Assembly (NCBI RefSeq): GCF_000007985.2
Contig: NC_002939.5
Span: 1,560,001-1,592,000 of the forward strand
DNA: 32,000 bases
Origin: Geobacter sulfurreducens PCA
GTDB lineage: Bacteria; Desulfobacterota; Desulfuromonadia; Geobacterales; Geobacteraceae
Reading direction: 5' to 3'
Positions 1 through 9,475 of the stretch are shown piece after piece (position 1 is the stretch's first letter; each line of letters opens with the position of its first letter). The position numbers and the translations under genes are program-made. The notes under the pieces are model-generated. The model was not told the origin of the DNA. It saw only the letters and a list, made by a program, of their open reading frames with translations, and searched no databases.

Positions 1-1040
1 TCACGGTGTTCCTTTTTGTGCGAACCGTGCGCGCCGGTCAGGCTCGATCAGCCGAGATGGCCCGCATTCAGGGGCGCATCGACGGTCTCTCCGCCGATGC
101 GGTCAGGCTCCGGGAAGAGCTCGACCGGACCGAGGCTGAGCTGGAAAAGCGGCTGGGAACATTCGATCCTCTGCGGGTCAGCGATATTCTGCGCGAAATT
201 GACCGCGCCGCGGAGGTGAGGGGGGAATTGGCCCGGATAGAGAGTGCCCTTGGGGTCCTTCCGCCACTGGAGAGCATAAGGAGCCAGGAGGTTGAGCTGG
301 CCCGGGAACTGGCCGTGACCCGTGAAGGCATGGAGACTCTTATCGGGCGGGGCTTCCCGGTCATGTCCCCCCGTGAGTACGCTGAGGCCGAGGAGAAGAT
401 GCGGCGGCTGGAGAGCGAGGTGGCCGAAAAAGAAAGACTCTGCCTCGCCAAGGAGCAGGAATTGGCGGTTATGCGCCGGGGGAGCCTTAACCTGGAGGCC
501 ATTGCGGAAGAGGACGAGGAACTGAAGTCCCGCGAAACCCGCCTTGTGCGTCGGGTGGAGGCGCTACGGCTCGCGGTCGACCTCCTGCGCGAGACCCTTG
601 ACGAGTATCGGGCCACTTATCTGTCGCGCCTCGGCAGCGAGATCAACGGAAAGCTGTACAATCTCACTGCCGGCAGATACCGCGAGGCGATTCTGGATGA
701 CGGTTTTGCGCTGTCCATCGGCGTCGAAGGGACTCCTCGCCCGGTGGGCGCCCTGAGCTGCGGCGCCCAGGATCAGGCCTATCTCGCCACTCGGCTCGCT
801 CTTGGCGGAATCCTTTCCCGTAGCCGAAAATTGCCTTTTCTTCTCGACGACCCTTTGGTACATTTCGACGAAGAGCGCAGGGCCGCGGCTCTGGCGGCGC
901 TTAACGTCGCAGCCTCCGATCACCAGGTAATCCTCCTGGTCCACGATGAACGCTACCTGAAGGCACGGGGGGCGGATCTCTGGCACCGGGTCAAGATCGA
1001 CACGAAAGGACAGCAGGATGGACAGCTGCATCTTCTGTAA
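1..1040 (+). CDS. AAA/SMC-like ATPase (YhaN/SbcC-type), C-terminal part; 5' end lies outside the window
   Basis: The frame of ORF 6..1040 is open to the window edge. A long Glu/Arg/Leu-rich coiled-coil segment is followed by an ABC-signature-like 'LSCGAQDQAYLATRLAL' and a Walker B/D-loop-like 'PFLLDDPLVHFDEER'. Stop TAA at 1038-1040. Confidence 0.7.
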   Translation, partial: TVFLFVRTVRAGQARSAEMARIQGRIDGLSADAVRLREELDRTEAELEKRLGTFDPLRVSDILREIDRAAEVRGELARIESALGVLPPLESIRSQEVELARELAVTREGMETLIGRGFPVMSPREYAEAEEKMRRLESEVAEKERLCLAKEQELAVMRRGSLNLEAIAEEDEELKSRETRLVRRVEALRLAVDLLRETLDEYRATYLSRLGSEINGKLYNLTAGRYREAILDDGFALSIGVEGTPRPVGALSCGAQDQAYLATRLALGGILSRSRKLPFLLDDPLVHFDEERRAAALAALNVAASDHQVILLVHDERYLKARGADLWHRVKIDTKGQQDGQLHLL

Positions 1041-1362
1041 GATTGTCGACGGGACGATCCCCGCGAAAAAAGTATATGAAGATGAGGATATGGTCGCCAT
1101 TGAAGATATCAATCCCGTGGCCCCCCATCACCTTCTCCTGATACCGAAAAAGCACGTGGTCAATGCCCTTGACCTTACCCCGGAGGATGACCGGCTCGTG
1201 GGCCGCGTGTTCCGTGTTGCCGCGGAAATCGCCCGCCAGCGTGGCGTCGACGAGCGGGGCTTCAGGATTGTTCAGAATTCCAATGCCGACGCCGGGCAGT
1301 CGGTCTTCCACATTCACTTTCATCTTCTGGCCGGCCGCCACCTGGGATGGCCGCCGGGATAG
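1018..1362 (+). CDS. HIT (histidine triad) family nucleotide hydrolase
   Basis: 114 aa with N-terminal 'CIFCKIV' and the histidine triad 'HIHFHLL'. Overlaps the upstream gene by 23 nt, suggesting coupled translation. Confidence 0.9.
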   Translation: MDSCIFCKIVDGTIPAKKVYEDEDMVAIEDINPVAPHHLLLIPKKHVVNALDLTPEDDRLVGRVFRVAAEIARQRGVDERGFRIVQNSNADAGQSVFHIHFHLLAGRHLGWPPG

Positions 1363-1386
1363 CGTTCCACGAGAGGGGGACAATTG

Positions 1387-1950
1387 ATGAAAAGCATAAT
1401 GGTGCTGCTCCTTGTCGCTGTTCTGGTCCAGCCGGCCTTGGGTGAGACCTACCGATGGATAGATGAGCGGGGAACCGTGAATTTCACTGAGGATCCAGGC
1501 AAGGTCCCCAAAAAGTTCCGCAAGAAGATGACGGTCATCTCCGATCCCGGTTCCGTGGCGCCCGAGTTTACCGAATCGGTGGAGGAGGGCGCACAGCTGA
1601 AGGCGCCGGCGGAAGGGCAGGGTACTCCGTCGCAGGGGACGTCCGAGCCGCAGGAAAAACAGGCTCAGCAGCCCGAGAAAGTGAAAAAGCCGGTTTACGG
1701 CGGCAAGTCGGAGGACGTCTGGAAGGCTGAATTCGGCAGGCTCAGGAACGATATTCAACTCTACGAGAATGAACTCGCCGACCGGAAGGCAAAGCTGGCC
1801 AATCCCACCAAAATGAGCCGCGGCGAATACCTGGGAACTCAGACTGAAGTGAAGCGGATCGAGGAAAAACTGGCTGGACTCAGGGAGAAACTTGCGATTC
1901 TGAAAGAGAGCGCCGCCAAGGCGGGGGTCCCGTTGGAGTTGCGTAAATAG
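1387..1950 (+). CDS. DUF4124-like secreted protein with C-terminal coiled coil
   Basis: Signal peptide 'MKSIMVLLLVAVLVQPALG' and the DUF4124-type motif 'YRWIDERGTVNFTEDP'. ATG at 1387 follows the purine-rich 'gagaggggga'; the ORF track begins one codon earlier at TTG 1384. Confidence 0.75.
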   Translation: MKSIMVLLLVAVLVQPALGETYRWIDERGTVNFTEDPGKVPKKFRKKMTVISDPGSVAPEFTESVEEGAQLKAPAEGQGTPSQGTSEPQEKQAQQPEKVKKPVYGGKSEDVWKAEFGRLRNDIQLYENELADRKAKLANPTKMSRGEYLGTQTEVKRIEEKLAGLREKLAILKESAAKAGVPLELRK

Positions 1951-1995
1951 ACAACCCACGCCCAGGCCCGTGTGGTGACAGTTACTTCATATTAG

Positions 1996-2026
1996 AAAAG
2001 CCCGGAGATACTGCCTCCGGGCTTTT
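1996..2026. terminator. Bidirectional rho-independent terminator
   Basis: Perfect 12-bp stem AAAAGCCCGGAG (1996-2007) / CTCCGGGCTTTT (2015-2026) with a 7-nt loop. The A-run and T-run give a U-tract on either strand. Confidence 0.85.
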
Positions 2027-2423
2027 CACTGTAATTGACGTTCAGCGGGGATGCTTTCCCATATCCGTCGGTGAAAGCCGTTGCTACGCTGCGATGAACG
2101 CTCTTTGGCGACCGTTCGTTGCGGGCTGAAGCTCGTGCTTCCCCTTTTTGTGGCGGTTGCGACGCGCCTGACGGATGAGAGATACACGCAAGGCGCCATT
2201 CCCTGAACGCCAATTAGTTTCTTGCTCCGGGACAGCCGTATACCGCTGGACCCTCTGACCTTGTGAACAGATTCCCCCGGGGAAACGTTTCAGGCTTGCC
2301 CATCGCTGCGGCCATGCTCATCACGCCTGGACCCGGATGCGTAAATGATTTGATTATCCGTCAGGTCCCTCAACCGGTCAGTACCTGCTTCCCAGAGCAA
2401 TTTTCAAAGACCTTTTAGTATGA

Positions 2424-2451
2424 ATTGTAAACGCCTTCTCTGGGCTGTCAA
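2424..2451 (-). promoter_or_regulatory. Near-consensus sigma70 promoter on the minus strand with no annotated gene downstream
   Basis: The minus strand reads TTGACA (2451-2446), a 16-nt spacer, then TACAAT (2429-2424). It points toward the terminator at 2026-1996. Confidence 0.5.
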
Positions 2452-2541
2452 GTCGGAGGGCGATAAAAATTTATTCAAGTATATCAAGGTGATATAGGCA
2501 TGGTTTATCGTGAGGGAATGCTGTTGCCGGTGGCGCGTCAA

Positions 2542-2570
2542 TTGACAGTACACCCCCCGTCTGATAGGTT
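2542..2570 (+). promoter_or_regulatory. Candidate sigma70 promoter of lgt
   Basis: TTGACA (2542-2547), 17-nt spacer, TAGGTT (2565-2570), about 30 nt upstream of the lgt ATG. Confidence 0.45.
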
Positions 2571-2599
2571 AGGTGAACTTCGAATTCAAGAGGAGCGAC

Positions 2600-3382
2600 A
2601 TGCAGTTCCCGCATATTGACCCGGTCTTTTTCCGTCTCGGGCATCTGGAGTTCCGTTGGTATGGCCTGATGTACATCCTCGGGTTCATCGCCGCCTACTT
2701 TATTGTCAGGCGCGCTGCCGGCCGTCGCGGTCTCGCCCTGACCCAGGACGACGTTGCCGATGTGATCTTCTCGCTGGCGATCGGCGTTATCCTCGGCGGC
2801 CGTCTGGGATACATTCTCTTCTATAACCTGTCCTACTACCTCTCCCACCCGCTCAAGCTGTTCGCCGTGTGGGAGGGAGGCATGTCGTTTCACGGCGGTC
2901 TCCTGGGCGTGATCCTGGCAGGTGTGTACGTGGCACGGCAAAAGAAAATCGGCTTTCCGGTGCTGGCCGACATCTGTGCGCCGGCGGCACCCGTGGGGTT
3001 GGGGCTCGGCAGGCTCGGCAATTTCATCAACGGTGAGCTTTACGGCAGGGTGACCGACGTGCCGTGGGGAATTATTTTCCCCGGTGGCGGCGGAGTGCCC
3101 CGGCATCCGTCGCAACTTTACGAAGCGGTGCTGGAGGGGCCGGTGCTCTTTCTGATCCTGATGGCTGTGGGGAGGCGGGAACGTCCGGCTGGCGTGGTGT
3201 TCTGGACCTTCATTGCGTTCTATGGCTTGTTCCGGTTCCTGGTTGAGTTTTTCCGGGAGCCCGACGCCCAGCTGGGGCTTCTTGCCGGACCCTTTTCCAT
3301 GGGGCAGTTGCTAAGTTTTCCCATGTTTCTTCTGGGGTTGACCATGGCCGTCCTTGTTTCACGTAGAAAGGTCGGACCATAG
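2600..3382 (+). CDS. lgt: Prolipoprotein (phosphatidylglycerol) diacylglyceryl transferase
   Basis: The N-terminus 'MQFPHIDPVFFRLGHLEFRWYGLMYILGF' and the polytopic membrane profile with 'HPSQLYEA' are typical Lgt. SD 'AAGAGGAG' precedes ATG 2600; the ORF track's GTG 2573 is probably too early. Confidence 0.93.
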   Translation: MQFPHIDPVFFRLGHLEFRWYGLMYILGFIAAYFIVRRAAGRRGLALTQDDVADVIFSLAIGVILGGRLGYILFYNLSYYLSHPLKLFAVWEGGMSFHGGLLGVILAGVYVARQKKIGFPVLADICAPAAPVGLGLGRLGNFINGELYGRVTDVPWGIIFPGGGGVPRHPSQLYEAVLEGPVLFLILMAVGRRERPAGVVFWTFIAFYGLFRFLVEFFREPDAQLGLLAGPFSMGQLLSFPMFLLGLTMAVLVSRRKVGP

Positions 3383-3390
3383 GCCAGAAG

Positions 3391-3840
3391 TCATTTGGGC
3401 AGGGGGGGGAAAGAGGTGCGCAGGCATTTCGTCATCTCGAGCACGTTGCCGTCGGCAATCTTGGTGTAGCGAACCGTGTCCATGAGCGACTTGATGATGA
3501 AGATGCCCCGGCCCCGATCCTCCAGGGTGTCGAAGTCGGGAGCCGGGATCGTGTTGATGTCGAATCCCTGCCCTGAATCGTAAACCCGGATCATCAGATC
3601 CTGGTCCGATATATTGATGTAGATGTGGACCATCTTGTCGGGATCGCCGGCATTCGCGTGTTTGATGGCATTGACCATGGCCTCGGTGAGGACGAGGTTG
3701 ATATGGTATGCCAGCGTTTCCCGATCGCCGTCGTAGCGGTCCAGCTCCTTGGCAATGTCCTCGCCGATCCTTCCGATGAGGCTCAGGTAGCGCGTCTGGT
3801 TCGGTACCTTGATGTCGACCTCGATCTCGTTTTTGTCCAT
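3391..3840 (-). CDS. Anti-sigma regulatory factor / Ser-Thr protein kinase (RsbW/SpoIIAB-like, HATPase_c)
   Basis: N-box 'EAMVNAIKHA', 'DSGQGFD' and 'GRGIFIIKSLMD'. AGGAG lies 8 nt upstream of ATG 3840; the alternative GTG start is at 3849. Lies directly downstream of the STAS gene. Confidence 0.85.
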   Translation of the reverse strand: MDKNEIEVDIKVPNQTRYLSLIGRIGEDIAKELDRYDGDRETLAYHINLVLTEAMVNAIKHANAGDPDKMVHIYINISDQDLMIRVYDSGQGFDINTIPAPDFDTLEDRGRGIFIIKSLMDTVRYTKIADGNVLEMTKCLRTSFPPLPK

Positions 3841-3851
3841 CCCGCTCACTC

Positions 3852-4187
3852 CTAGAAGTTTTCCACCGCTTCCGCCGTAGAGCCGAATATTTCAAATACC
3901 CGGTGGAGCCGGGTCAACTCGAACATGGATTTGACCTGGGGCTGGAGACTGGCAAGTTTAAGGCTCCCCTGGTGGGAGATTGCGTTCTTGAAGCCGGATA
4001 CCAGGGCACCCAGCCCCGAGCTGTCGATGAACCGTACTTCGTTCAGGTCCACGAGGATGTTCTTCGTTCCCGACGTGAAAAGCTCCTGCATCTTTGTCTT
4101 GAGGTCGCCGGAGTTATGGGCGTCGAGCCGTTCTTCGCGCACGAATATGATGAGAATGTCGTTTTTCGTCTCGATTTTCAGATTCAT
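3852..4187 (-). CDS. STAS-domain anti-sigma-factor antagonist (RsbV/SpoIIAA-like)
   Basis: 'VRFIDSSGLGALV' carries the conserved phosphorylatable Ser context. AAGGAG lies 6 nt before ATG 4187, giving 'MNLKIETKND...'. Confidence 0.88.
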   Translation of the reverse strand: MNLKIETKNDILIIFVREERLDAHNSGDLKTKMQELFTSGTKNILVDLNEVRFIDSSGLGALVSGFKNAISHQGSLKLASLQPQVKSMFELTRLHRVFEIFGSTAEAVENF

Positions 4188-4293
4188 GGTCCGCTCCTTA
4201 CTATATGAGTCCTTCATTCTGAAAGACCTGTATGGTTATCTTCTGAAGTATCTTACACCAATTAGTCATCCCCTGCTTGCATTTTCATGAAAT

Positions 4294-7200
4294 TCACCCT
4301 TCCAGGATCTTGAGGACAACCATGGAGATGTCGTCGTCGATGACGGTACCGCCGCTGAATGATTCAACCTCGGCGAGGATGACGTCGATGATTTCGTCGC
4401 TCCTTCTGTCGCTCGTGGCTGACAGGAGCGTACAGAGCCTTGAGGACCCGAAAAATTCCCCATCAGGATTCCGAGCCTCCGTAATGCCGTCGGTGTAGAG
4501 AAGAACCACATCGCCGGGCTGGAGCTCAATCTGCTTCTCTTCGAATTCAACCCTGCGCTTCACTCCCAAGATGAGCCCCTCGGCGTCGAGCTCCATGCAT
4601 GCGGTTTGACCGTTGCGGAAAATCAGCGGAGGGTTGTGCCCGGCATTCGCGTAGGAAAGCAGACGACGACGGGTGTCGTAGCGGATGTAGAACATGGTGA
4701 TGAAGAGTTCCGCGCCTGAGAGATCGTCGTGAAGAAGCTCGTTGAGGGTTTCGAGGATTTCGCCGACGCTGCGGTCGGAACGCGCCTGGGCGCGCAGGAC
4801 GCTGCGGGTTTCAGCCATGATGAGGGCTGCGCCGACGCTGTGACCGGAGACGTCGGCAATGACCATGTCCGCCCCGGACTCGCCATGCTGGAAATAGTCG
4901 TAATAGTCTCCTCCAACGTGGGTGGCCGGCTTGCACCGGCCCGCCACGGCCATGCCGGGGGAGAGTCGGCGGGGCCGAGGGGAGCAGCGAGAGCTGGATC
5001 TGCTTGGCGATTTCCATCTCCTTGACTACGCGCGCATTCTCTAGAAGGATGCGCTCCTTCTCTTCCCGCTCGCGCTCCTTCGCTTCCATTTCCGTGACGA
5101 TTTTTACCGCCTGGGCCAACTGGCCGGCAAGGCTCTCCAGAAGGTTCAGGAAGGGCTCGTTGAACAGGCCGACGATGGTTCTGGAGAAGACGGACAGGAT
5201 CCCGAAGGGGGGTTCCCCTTTGCGGGAGATGGGAATGTGGGCAAAGGACTTGATCCCTTCCTTCTGCATCAGTTCCCTGGTAAGCGGCTTGGTCATGTAC
5301 TGGGTGTCGTTCACGAACTGAAGCCGATTGCTCAGAAACGCCTCGCCGATGTAGGTTTCGATCTCCGGCTCCCAATCTTTTCCGGCGATGCCGGCAATCC
5401 CCTTGCCGCTGTAGCTTCTGACCCGCAACACTCCCTTTTCGTCCACCAGCCGAATGACGGCAAGATCGAGCTTGAACTCCTTCAAGAGCAGGTTGAGGAG
5501 ATCATCCATGATGATCTGCAGGTCAAGGGTCCGGTTCATGATCTCGGAGGCCCGGAGTCGTACATAGAGCGCTTCGCGGCTTTCGGCCAGGGATGCCTGG
5601 ACGGTGCTGAATATGTCGTAGACCGGTTCCATGCGCGAACCGAGATCCGACAGATAGCTCTCCACGATGGCCCCCGCTGCGGCTGCCCCCACGGAGCCGG
5701 CGAGGGTCTTTTCCGTGAACCGTTTCAGCTTGGGCAGCTCGAACTCCGAGACCCCTCCCTGGGCGTCGATCTCGCGCGAGCCCACGTACTCGGTGATTGC
5801 CGCGTGGGCCTGCTGGTCGCCGATGAACTTTGACATGAGATTAACGAACTGCATGATGGTCACGGGCTTCGACATCCGCTTGGTTTCCCAGGGGACGCCG
5901 TTTTTCCGTGCCGTGAATACGTCGACGAACTTTCGCACCTGCTCTTTTTCCCGGTCCTTCTGGCGAAGGACGATGGACAGGGTCAGGTATCCCCCGACAT
6001 TGAAAAGGAGGCTCCAGAAGAGGGAATGGGTCCAGATGTCGAACCCTGCGAGGCCGAAGAGCTCCGTCGGCTTGAGCAGGGTTATGCCGAAGGGGCCCTG
6101 GTCGAGAATTGCGCGGGGAAGCCATCCGGATATGATGATGGACGGCAGGAGAAGGGTATAGAACCAGAAAATGAAGCCAAGGACGATGCCGGTCAGGGCG
6201 CCGGATTTGTTCCCCCTGCGCCAGTAGAGTCCTCCCAGGAGAGCGGGGCCGAACTGTGCCGCGGCAGCGAAGGAAATGAGCCCCATGTTCACGAGCATGA
6301 ACGTTTCGCCAACTACGGTCTGATAGATATAGCCGAGAAAAACCACGACAAAGATGCAGAGTCGCTTCAGGTTGATGAGCATGGTGGGAAACCAGGGGCG
6401 AGGCTTGAGTTTCACCACGATGGGCATCAGGAGGTGGTTGAGGAACATGGTGGAGATGGCGACCGACTCCACGATGATCATGCCTGCGGTTGCCGAAAAA
6501 CCTCCCAGAAAGGCCAGGAGGGCCAGCCAGGAGTGGCCGGTCTGGAGAGGAAGGGTAAGTACGAAGAAGTCGGCGCCCAGGACGCCGCCGGTCTGGAGTA
6601 TCCCCCCCAGCGCGATGGGCATCACAAAGAGGTTTATCAGGAACATGTAGGCGGGGAAGAGCCACATGGCCTTCTTGATATGCTCCTCGTCCGAGTTCTC
6701 GATGACCATTACGTGGAACTGGCGGGGGAGGAGCATGATGGCACCCATGGAAAGGTAGAGCGTCGTGAACCAGCGAGCGTGGGAGGTTGTGGAGGAGCCC
6801 CCAATGGTGGTCAGATTGTCCAGCAGGTGGCCCTGGGCATCGATGCGGGCGAAGATGTCGCCGAAACCGTTGAACATTCCGTAGGTCACGTAGATGCCCA
6901 CAGCCATGAAGGCCACGAGCTTGACGATGGACTCTACGGCAATTGCGGCGACCAGTCCCTCGTGGCGTTCGGTGGAAACCAGCTTGCGGGCGCCGAAGAT
7001 GACGCTGAAGGCGCTCAGGATCACCGCGGCAAAAAAGTTGGTGTGGAGCGAAACCGGGTAGTTGGTGTGCAGAAGCGGGAGTTGGACGTAAGGGTAGCCG
7101 CAGATGATGTCGAAGGTGGTTGAGACCGCCTTGAGCTGGAGTGCTATATAGGGCATGATCCCTACGATGGCGATGACCGTAACCACAGCGCCGAGCCACT

Positions 7201-7543
7201 GGGATTTCCCATAGCGGGAGCTGATGAAGTCGGCGATGGACGTGATGTTGTTTTCCTTGCAGATCCGCACGATCTTGCGCAGAAAAAACCACCAGGAAAA
7301 AGCGACCAGCGTGGGCCCCAGGTAGACGAGCAGGAAGTCGATTCCCGTGGTCGCGGCCTTGCCGACGCTGCCGTAGAACGTCCAGGACGTGTGATAGACG
7401 GCAATGGAAAGGGCGTAGACCAGAGGATTGGCAATAACGCTCCGGCCCTCTTCCTTTTTCTTGTCGGCGTAGTACGCCACCGTGAAGAGGAAGACAATGT
7501 AGAGCAGCGATATGCCGACCACCAGTTCGATGCTGAGGATCAA
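4294..7543 (-). pseudogene. Sodium:solute-symporter-like (SLC5/SSS) membrane domain fused to GAF and PP2C/SpoIIE phosphatase (RsbU-like); reading frame broken by a 1-nt indel
   Basis: ORF 4811..7543 carries the SSS membrane domain, a linker, a GAF-like region and a coiled coil ending '...AKQIQLSLLPSAPPTLP', followed by 48 aa of Arg-rich out-of-frame tail. ORF 4294..4953 is a complete SpoIIE/PP2C domain beginning 'MAVAGRCKPATHVGGDYYDY'. Removing one base of the G5 run at 4957-4961 joins them as 'LLPSAPPTLPGMAVAGR...'. Confidence 0.8.
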
Positions 7544-7797
7544 CGGTGATCTCCTTCGTCGTGGTCGTCATCGGGAAGATCAATGGCCTTGGTGAAGAGG
7601 TAGATGACGAAGATGGAAACCACCCACCCGGCCTGGAAATAGAGGTACAGCTGCGGAATGTTGAATATCCGCCACGGTTTGTTGAATATCTGGGTGAAGG
7701 GGTAATTCATCATGATGATCCCCAGCACAAAGAAGATCACCCATGATTCCCTGAGTCGCAACCGCTTGAGGATGGCGCCGTTCAGCTTTTTCCACAT
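7540..7797 (-). CDS. Small two-TM membrane protein, possibly a DUF4212-like symporter small subunit
   Basis: 85 aa with two hydrophobic helices and an acidic tail. Its stop overlaps the SSS gene start by 4 nt (ATGA). It occupies the position where SSS small subunits are typically encoded. The family assignment rests on weak similarity only. Confidence 0.55.
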   Translation of the reverse strand: MWKKLNGAILKRLRLRESWVIFFVLGIIMMNYPFTQIFNKPWRIFNIPQLYLYFQAGWVVSIFVIYLFTKAIDLPDDDHDEGDHR

Positions 7798-9365
7798 GGC
7801 AGCAGCTCCAGTCCGTGGAGCACCTTGTCAACCATGGCTGACGCGGTGTCCGACGTGTCGATGCACAGGAGGTTTCCCTCCTGGTCCGAGGGGGGATCGA
7901 ATTCGTCTTTTTGCCGGAGGTAGACCTCCCAAGTCCCGTCCGAGGGCTCGCTCCTGTCTTTCTGTCGCGAGTTGAGCCGGCTGCGGATTGTCGGCTCGGG
8001 GCAGACCGCATGCAGGATGACGAACGTCGCGCCGGCGTCCCGTGCCAAAGCCCCGAACCGTTCCCGGTCGGCGCGCCGGCGGAAGGTGGCATCCACAACG
8101 ATGCTGCGGCCGCCCTCCAGGGCTACCCGCGCCCGGCGTTCCAGTTCCCCGTATGTCAGCAGCGAGAATCGGTCCGTATAAATCCCTGCGCCGTAATCTT
8201 GGTCCGGCCGCTCCGTGGAGCGTAGTCCCGCAAGCTCCTTTCTTACCACATCGGAGGAGGCGATTTCCAGCCCCAGGTCCAGGGAGAGCTCCCGTGACAG
8301 ACGGCTTTTTCCTGTGCCGGTTAGTCCGCAGGTAATGAAAAGGGTTGGCGGAAGTCCCTGCCTCACCGCATAGCCCCGTGCCAGGCGAAAGTACCGGGAT
8401 GCCCGTGCCGCGGCTGCCTGTTTTTCGTTTTCCGGTATCTGCGGATCAGAGAGCCGCATGCTCTCCACTTTACCCCGGACAAAGGCCCGATACACCTTGT
8501 AGAAGTCGATCATTTCAACGACGCTCGCATCGTTGGTGATCCGCGTGTACTCGTCCAGGAAAGCGGCTCCCAGATCAGGTCGGAGGACGAAGTCGAAATC
8601 CATGAGCAGGAAGGCGATGTCTGCCGCAGTGTCGCCGTAGCGGAACCGATTGTTGAACTCGATGCAGTCGAAAATGCAGACGCGGCCGTCGGCGCCGAGG
8701 CAGATATTTTCCATGTGAATATCGCCGTTGCCGTCGCGGATGCGGCCGTCCCCGACCCGCGCGGCAAAGAGGTCGACCCGCTCCGCCATGAATCGTTCGA
8801 CCCATCCTCTGATGAAGTCGTGATCCCCCGCGCTCAGAGTGATGCCGCAGTAAGGGCGAGTCTGCTGGAAGTTCTCCACCCAGTTGGCATTGATAGTGGC
8901 GAGGTCGCCGAACGCATCTATTTCAGAGCTGTGTTCCGCCTCCAGGTGAAAGGTGCCGACAACGCGCGCCACAGCCCGGATCTCCGGCTCTCCGGCCAGG
9001 CCGGCCGAAAGCAGCCGGTCGAGCATGCGGTCCGCCGGCAGCCGCTTCATTTTGACCGCGTGATCGATGACCTGTCCTTCGCCGACGAACGCGGCTCCGG
9101 CCGGAGTATCACGCACCTCTGCCACGCCGAGATAGATGTCAGGGCAGAGCCTGCGGTTGAGGCGAACCTCCTCTTCGCAGTAGAAACGGCGCCGATCCGG
9201 GGTTGAAAAGTTGAGGAAGCCGAAGTCTACGGGTTTTTTTACCTTGTAGGCGAAGTTGTCGGTGAGAAAGATGTAGGAGACGTGGGTCTGGACCAACTCC
9301 ACGGAGCCGGTCGGATCCGGGTAGGCGGAAGGCTTCAGCAGTGACCGAACGTGGTGTTGTTCCAT
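7782..9365 (-). CDS. Bifunctional phosphotransferase (APH-like kinase fold) / P-loop kinase (AAA_33-like) protein
   Basis: The N-terminal half has an APH-type catalytic loop 'NGDIHMENI' and 'IFDCIEF'. The C-terminal half has the Walker A 'GLTGTGKSRLS'. Overlaps the next gene by 16 nt. Confidence 0.8.
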   Translation of the reverse strand: MEQHHVRSLLKPSAYPDPTGSVELVQTHVSYIFLTDNFAYKVKKPVDFGFLNFSTPDRRRFYCEEEVRLNRRLCPDIYLGVAEVRDTPAGAAFVGEGQVIDHAVKMKRLPADRMLDRLLSAGLAGEPEIRAVARVVGTFHLEAEHSSEIDAFGDLATINANWVENFQQTRPYCGITLSAGDHDFIRGWVERFMAERVDLFAARVGDGRIRDGNGDIHMENICLGADGRVCIFDCIEFNNRFRYGDTAADIAFLLMDFDFVLRPDLGAAFLDEYTRITNDASVVEMIDFYKVYRAFVRGKVESMRLSDPQIPENEKQAAAARASRYFRLARGYAVRQGLPPTLFITCGLTGTGKSRLSRELSLDLGLEIASSDVVRKELAGLRSTERPDQDYGAGIYTDRFSLLTYGELERRARVALEGGRSIVVDATFRRRADRERFGALARDAGATFVILHAVCPEPTIRSRLNSRQKDRSEPSDGTWEVYLRQKDEFDPPSDQEGNLLCIDTSDTASAMVDKVLHGLELLPCGKS

Positions 9366-9446
9366 ACCGCTTCCATGGGAAGAAAAGTTATGTCAACAGT
9401 ACCACAAACCCCGGTCGGTGCAAGGTTCCGGAGCCCAGAGAAACAT

Positions 9447-9475
9447 TTGACGGTGTGGGGTTAATGTGCTAGCTT
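9447..9475 (+). promoter_or_regulatory. Candidate sigma70 promoter of the TPR/ABC operon
   Basis: TTGACG (9447-9452), 17-nt spacer, TAGCTT (9470-9475). This would give a leader of about 170 nt. Confidence 0.35.

Noticed and set aside
2040-2420. Known housekeeping RNA (tmRNA, RNase P RNA, SRP RNA, 6S RNA) in the lgt-upstream gap
   Set aside because: None of these are present on either strand: a tRNA-like acceptor end or tag ORF, the GAGGAAAGUCCGGGC-type P4 elements, or the SRP domain IV GGAAGCAGCC-AAGG-CAG core. Only a fortuitous GGGAAGCAGG occurs.
5841-7583. 580-aa minus-strand ORF overlapping the SSS membrane domain gene in another frame
   Set aside because: It is extremely Arg/Pro/His/Gly-rich, typical of an off-frame ORF in high-GC DNA. 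The overlapping frame (4811..7543) has a clear SSS transporter sequence.
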